Positions 51,726-64,000 of a stretch of 64,000 bases of DNA are shown here, piece after piece. Every line of letters begins with the position of its first letter. The stretch's first letter is position 1. Under the pieces are notes generated by a model that saw nothing but the letters and a program-made list of their open reading frames with translations, was not told the DNA's origin and made no database searches. This DNA is from Dendrobates tinctorius (taxonomy: Eukaryota): positions 62,372,001 through 62,436,000 of the forward strand of contig NW_027361687.1 of the NCBI RefSeq assembly GCF_039654945.1, in the 5' to 3' direction. A program made the position numbers and the translations under genes.

Positions 51726-54276
51726 GTGAGCGGGCTGCATTGTGGGAGATGGCGCTCAAACTGCACAGGTCACATGTGCCGTACTGCCCCGATTTAGGTG
51801 TATGGAGGAGGGGAGGACCGAGCAGAATAGTGAGTGCAGCTCTGGGGTATAATACAGGATGTAACTCAGGATCAGTAATGTAATGTATGTACACAGTGAC
51901 TGCACCAGCAGAATAGTGAGTGCAGCTCTGGGGTATAATACAGGATGTAACTCAGGATCAGTAATGTAATGTATGTACACAGTGACTGCACCAGCAGAAT
52001 AGTGAGCGCAGCTCTGGGGTATAGTACAGGATGTAACTCAGGATCAGTACAGGATCAGTAATGTATGTACACAGTGATTGCACCAGCAGAATAGTGAGTG
52101 CAGCTCTGGGGTATAATACAGGATGTAGCTCAGGATCGGTACAGGATCAGTAATGTAATGTATGTACACAGTGACTGCACCAGCAGAATAGTGAGTGCAG
52201 CTCTGGGGTATAATACAGGATGTAACTCAGGATCAGTAATGTAATGTATGTACACTGTGACTGCACCAGCAGAATAGTGAGTGCAGCTCTGGGGTATAAT
52301 ACAGGATGTAACTCAGGATCAGTACAGGATCAGTAATGTAATGTATGTACACAGTGACTGCACCAGCAGAATAGTGAGTGCAGCTCTGGAGTATAATACA
52401 GGATGTAACTCAGGATCAGTACAGGATCAGTAATGTATGTACACAGTGACTGCACCAGCAGAATAGTGAGTGCAGCTCTGGAGTATAATACAGGATGTAA
52501 CTCAGGATCAGTAATGTATGTACACAGTGACTGCACCAGCAGAATAGTGAGTGCAGCTCTGGAGTATAATACAGGATGTAACTCAGGATCAGTAATGTAT
52601 GTACACAGTGACTGCACCAGCAGAATAGTGAGTGCAGCTCTGGGGTATAGTACAGGATGTAACTCAGGATCAGTAATGTAATGTATGTACACAGTGACTG
52701 CACCAGCAGAATAGTGAGTGCAGCTCTGGAGTATAATACAGGATGTAACTCAGGATCAGTAATGTAATGTATGTACACAGTGACTGCACCAGCAGAATAG
52801 TGAGTGCAGCTCTGGGGTATAGTACAGGATGTAACTCAGGATCAGTACAGGATCAGTAATGTATGTACACAGTGACTGCACCAGCAGAATAGTGAGTGGA
52901 GCTCTGAGGTATAATACAGAATGTAACCCAGGATCAGTAATGTATGTACACAGTGACTGCACCAGCAGAATAGTGAGTGCAGCTCTGAGGTATAATACAG
53001 AATGTAACCCAGGATCAGTAATGTATGTACACAGTGACTGCACCAGCAGAATAGTGAGTGCAGCTCTGAGGTATAATACAGAATGTAACCCAGGATCAGT
53101 AATGTAATGTATGTACATAGTGACTGCACCAGCAGAATAGTGAGTGCAGCTCTGGGGTATAATACAGGATGTAACTCAGGATTAGTACAGGATCAGTAAT
53201 GTAATGTATGTACACAGTGATTGCACCAGCAGAATAGTGAGTGCAGCTCTAGAGTATAATACAGGATGTAACTCAGGATCAGTAATGTATGTACACAGTG
53301 ACTGCACCAGCAGAATAGTGAGTGCAGCTCTGGAGTATAATACAGGATATAACTCAGGATTAGTACAGGATCAGTAACGTAATGTATGTACACAGTGACT
53401 GCACCAGCAGAATAGTGAGTGCAGCTCTGCAGTATAATACAGGATCAGTAATGTAATGTATGTACACAGTGACTGCACCAGCAGAATAGTGAGTGCAGCT
53501 CTGGAGTATAATACAGAATGTAACCCAGGATCAGTAATGTATGTACACAGTGATTACACCAGCAGAATAGTGAGTGCAGCTCTGGGGTATAATACAGGAT
53601 GTAACTCAGGATTAGTACAGCATCAGTAATGTAATGTATGTACACAGTGATTGCACCAGCAGAATAGTGAGTGCAGCTCTGGAGTTTAATACAGGATGTA
53701 ACTCAGGATTAGTACAGGATCAGTAATGTAATGTATGTACACAGTGATTGCACCAGCAGAATAGTGAGTGCAGCTCTGGAGTATAATACAGGATGTAACT
53801 CAGGATTAGTACAGGATCAGTAATGTAATGTATGTACACAGTGATTGCACCAGCAGAATAGTGAGTGCAGCTCTGGAGTTTAATACAGGATGTAACTCGG
53901 GATCAGTAATGTAATGTATGTACACAGTGACTGCACCAGCAGAATAGTGAGCGCAGCTCTGGGGTATAATACAGGATGTAACTCAGGATTAGTACAGGAT
54001 CAGTAATGTAATGTATGTACACAGTGATTGCACCAGCAGAATAGTGAGTGCAGCTCTGGAGTTTAATACAGGATGTAACTCGGGATCAGTAATGTAATGT
54101 ATGTACACAGTGATTGCACCAGCAGAATAGTGAGTGCAGCTCTGGAGTATAATACAGGATGTACCTCATGATCAGTAATGTAATGTATGTACACAGTGAC
54201 TGCACCAGCAGAATAGTGAGTGCAGCTCTGGGGTATAATACAGGATGTAACTCAGGATCAGTACAGGATCAGTAAT

Positions 54277-56597
54277 GAATCATAGAATCGTAGAGTTGGA
54301 AGGGACCTCCTGGGCCATCTGGTCCAACCCCCTGCTCAAAGCAGGATTCGCTAAATCATACCAGTCAGATGTCTGTCCAGCCTCTGTTTGAAGACTTCCA
54401 TTGAAGGAGAACTCACCACTTCTCGTGGCAGCCTGTTCCACTCATTGATCACTCTAACTCTCAAAAAGTTTTTTTCTAATATCTAATCTGTGTCTCCTCC
54501 CATTCAGTTTCATCCCATTGCTTCTAGTCTTTCCTTGTGCAAATGAGAATAAAGTTGATCCTTCTACAATGTGACAGCCCTTGAGATATTTGTAGACAGC
54601 TATTAAGTCTCCTCTCAATCTTCTCTTTTGCAAACTAAACATTCCCAAATCCTGCAACCTTTCCTCATAAGACAGGGTTTGCAGACCGGTCACCATTCTG
54701 GTCGCTCTTTTCTGAACTTGCTCCAGTTTGTTGATGTCTTTTTTAAAATGTGGTGCCCAAAACTGGACACAATATTCCAGATGAGGTCTGACCAAAGAGG
54801 AGTAGAGGGAAATAATGACTTCACGTGATCTAGACTGTATGCTTCTGTTAATACATCCTAGAATTGCATTTGCCTTTTTTGCTGCTGCATCACACTGTTG
54901 ACTCGTATTCAGTCTGTGATCTATTAGTATACCCAAGTCTTTTTCACATGTGCTGTTGCTTAGCCCTATTCCTCCCATTCGGTATATGCTTTTTTCATTT
55001 TTATTGCCCAGATGTAGTACTTTGCATTTCTCCCTGTTACAAACCATTCTGTTAGTTGCTGCCCACTTCTCCAGTTTATTTAAATCTTTTTGAATCCTCT
55101 CTCTCTCTTCTCTAGTATTAGCTATCCCTCCTAGCTTTGTGTCATCAGCAAATTTAATCAGTTTACCCTCAATTCCTTCATCTAAATCGTTGATAAATAT
55201 GTTGAACAATACAGGGCCCAGGACAGAGCCCTGTGGTACCCCACTTGAGACATTCCTCCAACTGGATGTGCAGCCATTTACGACCACTCTTTGGGTCCGA
55301 TCACTAAGCCAGTTATGAATCCACCTAACAGTTGCCTTGTCCATTCCATACTTAGTCATTTTTTCAATAAGGATTGTATGAGAGACTTTGTCAAATGCTT
55401 TGCTGAAGTCAAGATATACTATATCTACAGCATTTCCCTGATCCACCCAATCAGTGATTCCGTCATAGAAGGAAATTAAGTTAGTCTGACATGACTTATT
55501 AGTTACAAACCCATGCTGACTCTGTTTAATCACTTCATTCTTATCCAGGTATTGACATACATGTTTAATAATTTGTTCAAAGATCTTTCCTGGTATAGAA
55601 GTCAGACTCACCGGCCTATAGTTGCCTGGGTCCACCTTCTTCCCCTTTTTGAAGATAGGAACAACATTTGCTCTTCTCCAGTCTTCTGGCACTTCTCCTG
55701 TTCTCCAAGAATTTTCAAAGATTATGGAGAGGGGTTCAAAAATTTCTTCTGCTATCTCCTTCAGTACTCTGGGGTGTAATTCATCTGGACCTGGAGACTT
55801 GAATTCATTTAGGTTAGCTAAGTGTTTCCTCACTATCTTTCTGTTTATAGATATCCTGGATTCTTCTATTCCCTTAATAGGACAGTGAATAACAGTTGAT
55901 GTTACATTTCCTTTCTGAGAGAAAACAGATGCAAAATAGGAATTTAAAAGTTCAGCCTTCTCAACATCCTGTCTTACCATTTCATCATTTTCATCCTGTA
56001 AAAACCCTATAGCATCTTTGACTTTTCTTTTACTTTTGACATATCCCCAAAATCCTTTATAATTGCTTTTGACATCTCTTGCAAGCCTCAATTCATTTTC
56101 AGCTTTAGATAATCTGATTTGTGCCCTGCAGGTTCTGCAGACAGCATTATATTCTTCTTTAGATATGCCTCCCTCTTTCCATTTTATAAACATTTCTTTC
56201 TTCCTTTTTAGCATGTGCTTAAGTTCTGTGTTCATCCATCCTGGTTTCTTTAAATGCTTCCTATTCTTCCCTCTTTTCGGAATTGTTAACAACTGTGCTT
56301 TGAGAATTTCATTTTTCAAGATTTCCCATCCTTCCTGGACATTTTTGTCTTTAAGGATATCCAGCCATTGGATCCCTCCAATTCTCTTTCTGAATCCCTT
56401 AAAATCTGCCTTTCTGAAATCTAACCTTGACGTCTGAGTCTTCACAGGTCTTCCGCCTCTAGTTATCCAAAATTCTAAAATAGCATGGTCGCTACCTCCT
56501 AGGGTCCCAGCCACTTTTACCTCCTCAACCATTTCCTCCCTGTTTATAAGGATTAGATCCAAGGTAGCAGTTCCCCTTGTTTTCTCCCTTACCTTTT
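54277..56597 (-). mobile_element. CR1 LINE, 5'-truncated, young
   Basis: Open for ~715 codons from the EN C-terminus (LDLIL..SDH) through RT (NYRPVSLT, YLDFSKAFD, GVPQGS, FADD). The 3' tail has ATTCTATG-type repeats at 54277-54292. Confidence 0.95.
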
Positions 56598-57315
56598 GTA
56601 TGTAATGTATGTACACAGTGACTGCACCGGCAGAATAGTGAGTGCAGCTCTGGAGAATAATACAGGATGTAACGCAGGATCAGTAATGTAATGTATGTAC
56701 ACAGTGATTGCACCAGCAGAATAGTGAGTGTAGCTCTGGGGTATAGTACAGGATGTAACTCAGGATCAGTACAGGATCAGTAATGTAATGTATGTACACA
56801 GTGACTGCACCAGCAGAATAGTGAGTGCAGCTCTGGAGTATAATACAGGATGTAACTCATGATCAGTAATGTAATGTATGTACACAGTGACTACACCAGC
56901 AGAATAGTGAGTGCAGCTCTGGGGTATAATACAGGATGTAACTCAGGATCAGTAATGTATGTACACAGTGACTGCACCAGCAGAATAGTGAGTGCACCTC
57001 TGGGGTATAATACAAGATATAACTCAGGATCAGTACAGTATCAGTAATGTATGTACACAGTGACTGCACCAGCAGAATAGTGAGTGCAGATCTGGAGTAT
57101 AATACAGGATGTAACTCAGGATCAGTAATGTAATGTATGTACACAGTGACTGCACCAGCAGAATAGTGAGTGCAGCTCTGGAGTATAATACTGGATATAA
57201 CTCAGGATTAGTACAGGATCAGTAATGTATGTACACAGTGACTGCACCAGCAGAATAGTGAGTGCAGCTCTGGAGTATAATACAGGATGTAACTCAGGAT
57301 CAGTAATGTAATGTA

Positions 57316-58964
57316 CAGTCATATGGTAAAGTTTGGGCACCCCTATTAATGTTAACCTTTTTTCTTTATAACAATTTTGTTTTTTGCAACAGCTTTTTCA
57401 GTTTCATATATCTAATAACTTATGGACTCAGTTATATTTCTGGATTCAAATGAGGTTTATTGCACTACCAGAAAATGTGCAATCTGCATTTAAACAAAAT
57501 TTGACCGATGCAAAAGTATGGGCACCCTTATCATTTTCTTGATTTGAACACTCCTAACTACTTTTTACTGACTTCCTGAAGCACTAAATTGGTTTTGTAA
57601 CCTCATTGAGCTTTGAACTTCATAGCCAGGTGTATCAAATCATGAGAAAAGGTATTTAAGGTGGCCACTTGCAAGTAGTTCTCCTATTTGATTCTCCTAT
57701 GAAGAGTGGCATCATGGGCTCCTCAAAATAACTCTCAAATGATCTGAAAACAAAGATTATTCAACATAGCTTTTCAGGGGAAGGATACAAAAAGTTGTCT
57801 CAGAGATTTAACCAGTCAGTTTCCACTGTGAGGAACATAGTAAGGAAATGGAAGAACACAGGTACAGTTCTTGTTAAGTCCAAAAGTGGCAGGCCAAGAA
57901 AAATATCAGAAAGGCAGAGAAGAAGAATGGTGAGAACAGTCAAGCACAATCCACAGACCACCTCCAAAGACCTGCAGCATCATCTTGCTGCAGATGGTGT
58001 CACTGTGCATCGGTCAACAATACAGCGCACTTTGCACAAGGAGAAGCTGTATGGGAGAGTGATGCGAAAGAAGCCGTTTCTGCAAGCACACCACAAACAG
58101 AGTCGCCTGAGGTCTTCAAAAGCACATTTGGACAAGCCAGTTACATTTTGGAAGAAGGTCCTGAGGACTGATAAAACAAAGATTGAGTTGTTTGGTCATA
58201 CAAAAAAGCGTTATGCATGGAGGCTAAAAAACACAGCATTCCAAGAAAAACACTTGCTACCCACAGTAAAATTTGGTGGAGGTTCCATCATGCTTTGGGG
58301 CTGTGTGGCCAATGCCGGCACCAGGAATCTTGTTAAAGTTGAGGGTCGCATGGATTCAACTCAGTATCAGCAGATTCTTGACAATAATGTGCAAGAATCA
58401 GTGACGAAGTTGAAGTTACGCAGGGGATGGATATTTCAGCAAGACAATGATCCAAAACACCGCTCCAAATCTACTCAGGCATTCATGCAGAGGAACAATT
58501 ACAATGTTCTGGAATGGCCATCCCAGTCCCCAGACCTGAATATCATTGAACATCTGTGGGATGATTTGAAGCGGGCTGTCCATGCTCGGCGACCATCAAA
58601 CTTAACTGAACTGGAATTGTTTTGTAAACAGGAATGGTCACAAATACCTTCATCCAGGATCCAGGAACTCATTAATAGCTACAGGAAGCGACTAGAGGCT
58701 GTTATTTTTGCAAAAGGAGGATCTACGAAATATTAATGTCACTTTTATGTTGAGGTGCCCATACTTTTGCACTGGTAAAATTTTGTTTAAATGCAGATTG
58801 CACATTTTCTGTTAGTACAATAAACCTCATTTGAATCCAGAAATATAACTAAGTCCATCAGTTATTAGATATATGAAACTGAAATAGCTGTTGCAAAAAC
58901 CAAAATTGTTATAAAGAAAAAAGGTTAACATTAATAGGGGTGCCCAAACTTTTACATATGACTG
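57316..58964 (+). mobile_element. Tc1 DNA transposon, full length, DD34E transposase with premature stop
   Basis: ~210 bp TIRs CAGTCATATG.. / ..CATATGACTG with TA TSD. ATG at 57714 has TAA at codon 6 (57729-57731); the same frame then stays open to 58736. Confidence 0.93.
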
Positions 58965-61702
58965 TATGTACACAGTGATTGCATCAGCAGAATAGTGAGT
59001 GCAGCTCTGGGGTATAATACAGGATGTTACTCAGGATCAGTAATGTATGTACACAGTGAGTGCAGCTCTGGGGTATAATACAGGATGTAACTCAGGATCA
59101 GTACAGGATCAGTAATGTATGTACACAGTGACTGCACCAGCAGAATAGTGAGTGCAGCTCTGGGGTATAATACGGGATGTAACTCAGGATCAGTAATGTA
59201 TGTACACAGTGACTGCACCAGCAGAATAGTGAGTGCAGCTCTGGGGTATAATACAAGATGTAACTCAGGATCAGTACAGTATCAGTAATGTAATGTATGT
59301 ACACAGTGACTGCACCAGCAGAATAGTGAGTGCAGCTCTGGGGTATAATACAGGATGTAACTCAGGATCAGTACAGGATCAGTAATGTATGTACACAGTG
59401 ACTGCACCAGCAGAATAGTGAGTGCAGCTATGGAGTATAATATAGAATGTAACTCAGGATCAGTAATGTAATGTATGTACACAGTGACTGCACCAGCAGA
59501 ATAGTGAGTGCAGCTCTGGGGTATAATACAGGATGTAACTCAGGATCAGTACAGCATCAGTAATGTGTGTACACAGTGACTGCACCAGCAGAATAGTGAG
59601 TGCAGCTCTGGGGTATAATACAGGATGTAACTCAGGATCAGTAATGTGTGCACACAGTGACTGCACCAGCAGAATAGTGAGTGCAGCTCTGGGGTATAAT
59701 ACAGGATGTAACTCAGGATCAGTACAGGATCAGTAATGTGTGTACACAGTGACTGCACCAGCAGAATAGTGAGTGCAGCTCTGGGGTATAATACAGGATG
59801 TAACTCAGGATCAGTAATGTAATGTGTGCACACAGTGACTGCACCAGCAGAATAGTGAGTGCAACTCTGGGGTATAATACAGGATGTAACTCTGGATCAA
59901 TACAGGATCAGTAATGTATGTACACAGTGACTGCACCAGCAGAATAGTGAGTGCAGCTCTGGGGTATAATACAGGATGTAACTCAGGATCAGTACAGGAT
60001 CAGTAATGTATGTACACAGTGACTGCACCAGCAGAATAGTGAGTGCAGCTATGGAGTATAATATAGAATGTAACTCAGGATCAGTAATGTAATGTATGTA
60101 CACAGTGACTGCACCAGCAGAATAGTGAGTGCAGATCTGGAGTATAATGCAGGATGTAACTCAGGATCAGTAATGTAATGTGTGCACACAGTGACTGCAC
60201 CAGCAGAATAGTGAGTGCAGCTCTGGGGTATAATACAGGATGTAACTCAGGATCAGTACATTATCAGTAATGTGTGTACACAGTGACTGCACCAGCAGAA
60301 TAGTGAGTGCAGCTCTGGGGTATAATACAGGATGTAACTCAGGATCAGTAATGTAATGTGTGCACACAGTGACTGCACCAGCAGAATAGTGAGTGCAGCT
60401 CTGGGGTATAATACAGGATGTAACTCAGGATCAGTACAGTATCAGTAATGTAATGTATGTACACAGTGACTGCACCAGCAGAATAGTGAGTGCAGCTCTG
60501 GGGTATAATACAGGATGTAACTCAGGATCAGTACAGGATCAGTAATGTATGTACACAGTGACTGCACCAGCAGAATAGTGAGTGCAGCTCTGGGGTATAA
60601 TACAGGATGTAACTCAGGATCAGTAATGTAATGTATGTACACAGTGACTGCACCAGCAGAATAGTGAGTGCAGCTCTGGGGTATAATACAGGATGTAACT
60701 CAGGATCAGTACAGGATCAGTAATGTAATGTATGTACACAGTGACTGTACCAGCAGAATAGTGAGTGCAGCTCTGGGGTATAATACAGGATGTAACTCTG
60801 GATCAATACAGGATCAGTAATGTAATGTATGTACACAGTGATTGCACCAGCAGAATAGTGAGTGCAGCTCTGGGGTATAATACAGGATGTAACTCAGGAT
60901 CAATACAGGATCAGTAATGTAATGTATGTACACAGTGACTGCACCAGCAGAATAGTGAGTGCAACTCTGGGGTATAATACAGGATGTAACTCTGGATCAA
61001 TACAGGATCAGTAATGTAATGTATGTACACAGTGACTGCACCAGCAGAATAGTGAGTGCAGCTCTGGAGTATAATACAGGATGTACCTCCTGATCAGTAA
61101 TGTAATGTATGTACACAGTGACTGCACCAGCAGAATAGTGAGTGCAGCTCTGGAGTATAATACAGGATGTAACTCAGGATCAGTAATGTATGTACACAGT
61201 GACTGCACCAGCAGAATAGTGAGTGCAGCTCTGGAGTATAATACTGGACATAACTCAGGATTAGTACAGGATCAGTAATGTATGTACACAGTGACTGCAC
61301 CAGCAGAATAGTGAGTGTAGCTCTGGAGTATAATACAGGATGTAACTCAGGATCAGTACAGGATCAGTAATGTATGTACACAGTGATTGCACCAGCAGAA
61401 TAGTGAGTGCAGCTCTGGGGTATAATACAGGATGTAACTCGGGATCAGTAATGTATGTACATAGTGAGTGCAGCTCTGGGGTATAATACAGGATGTAACT
61501 CAGGATCAGTAATGTATGTACACAGTGACTGCACCAGCAGAATAGTGAGTGTAGCTCTGGAGTATAATACAGGATGTAACTCAGGATCAGTACAGGATCA
61601 GTAATGTACAGTATGTACACAGTGACTGCACCAGCAGAATAGTGAGTGCAGCTCTGGAGTATAATACAGGATGTAACTCAGGATCAGTACAGGATCAGTA
61701 AT

Positions 61703-61928
61703 CACAGTGATCAGTGATCACAGCCAAACCAGATCTCCCACTTTGCACTGATGAGGGGCAGTACCCCAAAACACAGTGTCTGCAAATGGAGATTCTGTCT
61801 TGGCTTTTATCCTAAGTCATGTAACTAGTCTCGTTAAAGGGTCAACATTGACTTTTAGGATTGCTACTCCAATAGGTGGCACTAGAGTTCTAGTCCTCTT
61901 CCTCTCTGAAGAGACAATTTGCATAATT
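61703..61928 (+). mobile_element. Retrozyme-like (hammerhead-containing) short insertion with 12-bp TSD
   Basis: A non-array segment flanked by AGGATCAGTAAT (61691-61702 and 61929-61940). Contains a hammerhead fold, a CTCF motif and an octamer. Confidence 0.75.
61722..61805 (+). ncRNA. Type I hammerhead ribozyme fold with extended stem I (G12A variant)
   Basis: TTTGCA-CTGATGA-GGGG-CAGTA-CCCC-aAAA-CACAGT-GTC-TGCAAA. Stem I extends through TCTCC/GGAGA, CAGA/TCTG and AGCCAA/TTGGCT. Confidence 0.8.
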
Positions 61929-64000
61929 AGGATCAGTAATGTAATGTATGTACACAGTGACTGCACCAGCAGAATAGTGAGTGCAGCTATGGAGTATAAT
62001 ACAGGATGTAACTCAGGATCAGTACAGGATCAGTTATGTATGTACACAGAGACTGCACCAGCAGAATAGTGAGCGCAGCTCTGGGGTATAATACAGGATA
62101 TAACTCAGGATCAGTAATGTATGTACACAGTGACTGCACCAGCAGAATAGTGAGCGCAGCTCTGGGGTATAATACAGGATGTAACTCAGGATTAGTAATG
62201 TAATGTATGTACACAGTGACTGCACCAGCAGATTAGTGAGTGCAGCTCTGGGGTATAATACAGGATGTAACTCAGGATCAGTAATGTATGTACAGAGTGA
62301 CTGCACCAGCAGAATGAGTGCAGCTCTGGAGTATAATACAGGATGTAACTCAGGATTAGTAATGTATGTACACAGTGATTGCACCAGCAGACTAGTGAGT
62401 GCAGCTCTGGAGTATAATAAAGGATATAACTCATGATCAGTACAGGATATGTAATGTATGTACACAGTGACTGCACCAGCAGAATAGTGAGTGTATCTCT
62501 GGAGTATAATGCAGGATATAACTCAGGATCAGTACAGGATCAGTAATGTATGTACACAGTGACTCCACCAGCAGAATAGTGAGTGCAGCTCTGGGGTATA
62601 ATACAGGATGTAACTCAGGATCAGTACAGGATCAGTAATGTAATGTATGTACACAGTGATTGCACCAGCAGAATAGTGAGTGCAGCTCTGGGGTATAATA
62701 CAGTATGTAACTCAGGATTAGTACAGGATGTAATGTATGTACAGAGTGACTGCACCAGCAGAATAGTGAGTGCAGCTCTGGAGTATAATACAGGATGTAA
62801 CTCAGGATTAGTAATGTATGTACACAGTGACTGCACCAGCAGACTAGTGAGTGCAGCTCTGGAGTATAATACAGGATATAACTCATGATCAGTAATGTAA
62901 TGTATGTACACAGTGTCTGCACCAGCAGAATAGTGAGTGCAGCTCTGGAGTATAATACAGGATGTAACTCAGGATTAGTAATGTATGTACACAGTGACTG
63001 CACCAGTAGAATAGTGAGTGCAGCTCTGGAGTATAATACAGGATGTAACTCAGGATTAGTAATGTATGTACACAGTGACTGCACCATCAGAATTGTGAGT
63101 GCAGCTCTGGGTTATGATACAGGATGTAACTCAGGATAAGTACAGGATCAGTAATGTATGTACACAGTGACTCCACCCGCAGAATAGTGATTGTAGCTCT
63201 GGGGTGTAATACAGGATGTAACTCAGGATTTGTACAGGATCAGTAATGTATGTACACAGTGACTGCACCATGAGAATAGTGAGTGCAGCTCTGGAGTACA
63301 ATATAGGATGTATCTCAGGATCAGTAATGTATGTACAGAGTGACTGCACCAGCAGAATAGTGAGTGCAGCTCTGGTGTATAATAAAGGATGTACCTCAGG
63401 ATCAGTAATGTAATGTGTGCACACAGTGAGTGCACCAGTAGAATAGTGAGTGCAGCTCTGGAGTATAATACAAGATGTGATTCAGGATCAGTATTGTAAT
63501 GTACACAGTGAGTGCAGCGCTGGAGTATAATACATAAGTAATGTTTGTGAGGTCTCCTCAGTGTATGCAGACCATATATTGCAGTGGTGATGGTGTTGTA
63601 ACATTTGGCATTCTCTGCTACTTGGGATATGTTTGATCCCCTGCTGCTTGTTGTGCCTTCCCCACTGATCTGTGTCACCATTGTGTAACTGTCTGATTAC
63701 CAAACACTGCCGCCCCCCTTGTTCCCATCTTGTCCTGGCTGCTGTAATGTGGCTTAATCCTTGCAATACGAAGTTTTTTGCGTTAGTCCTGCACCATTTT
63801 CTAGATATGTTTGTGGTCTGTGATTTGACCTATTGTATTTACATCCAGAGAGCTCCTGCCCTGCACTTCTCAGCTGAGAGTTTGCCACAGTTGTCAATCC
63901 TTCATTTGGCAGCGCAGAACTGCGTATTCCTAGATGGTTTCTTTCATTGTGTCAGCATGGAGAGGACTGTAGCGAACCCTCAGCTGCTCAGAGTATTGGC

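Larger units (their letters stand above)
51820..63535. repeat. ~11.7 kb modular 81-97 bp tandem repeat in ubqln4 intron 1 (interrupted by CR1, Tc1 and a retrozyme)
   Basis: Core CAGCAGAATAGTGAGTGCAGCTCTGGRGTATAATACAGGATGTAACTCAGGATCAGTAAT..GTACACAGTGACTGCAC, with optional 5-nt (GTAAT) and 11-nt (CAGGATCAGTA) modules. Confidence 0.96.

Noticed and set aside
51661-63424. Many similar short hydrophobic ORFs (MYIHYITDPEL..)
   Set aside because: They are translations of the tandem array, not a gene family.
63536-64000. Possible ubqln4 exon 2
   Set aside because: No FKEEIS..LIFAGKIL-like coding sequence was recognised; exon 2 must lie beyond the window.

Overview
Repeat-rich vertebrate genomic DNA, most likely a frog (inferred from the mix of DIRS, Penelope, Tc1, Harbinger/hAT MITEs and minisatellites). 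Three host genes can be reconstructed from splice sites and protein recognition. rab25 is on the minus strand (5 coding exons, 214 aa). lamtor2 is on the minus strand (4 coding exons, 125 aa). The first coding exon of ubqln4 is on the plus strand, head-to-head with lamtor2. This is the same order as human 1q22. Most of the rest is mobile DNA: a Penelope-like element, a structurally complete DIRS1, five Tc1 elements (one with an intact ORF), CR1/L2/L1 fragments, MITEs, a ~19 kb four-level nest of Gypsy LTR elements, and five minisatellite families. Three signals stand out beyond the ORF track. (1) A ~226 bp retrozyme-like insertion in ubqln4 intron 1 carries a type I hammerhead ribozyme fold, a CTCF motif and an octamer, with an apparent 12 bp target-site duplication. 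(2) A minimal hammerhead sits in the Penelope terminal region. (3) Two chromoviral Gypsy elements show Tf1-type 11-nt self-priming signatures. All calls come from reading the sequence; no database searches were run.
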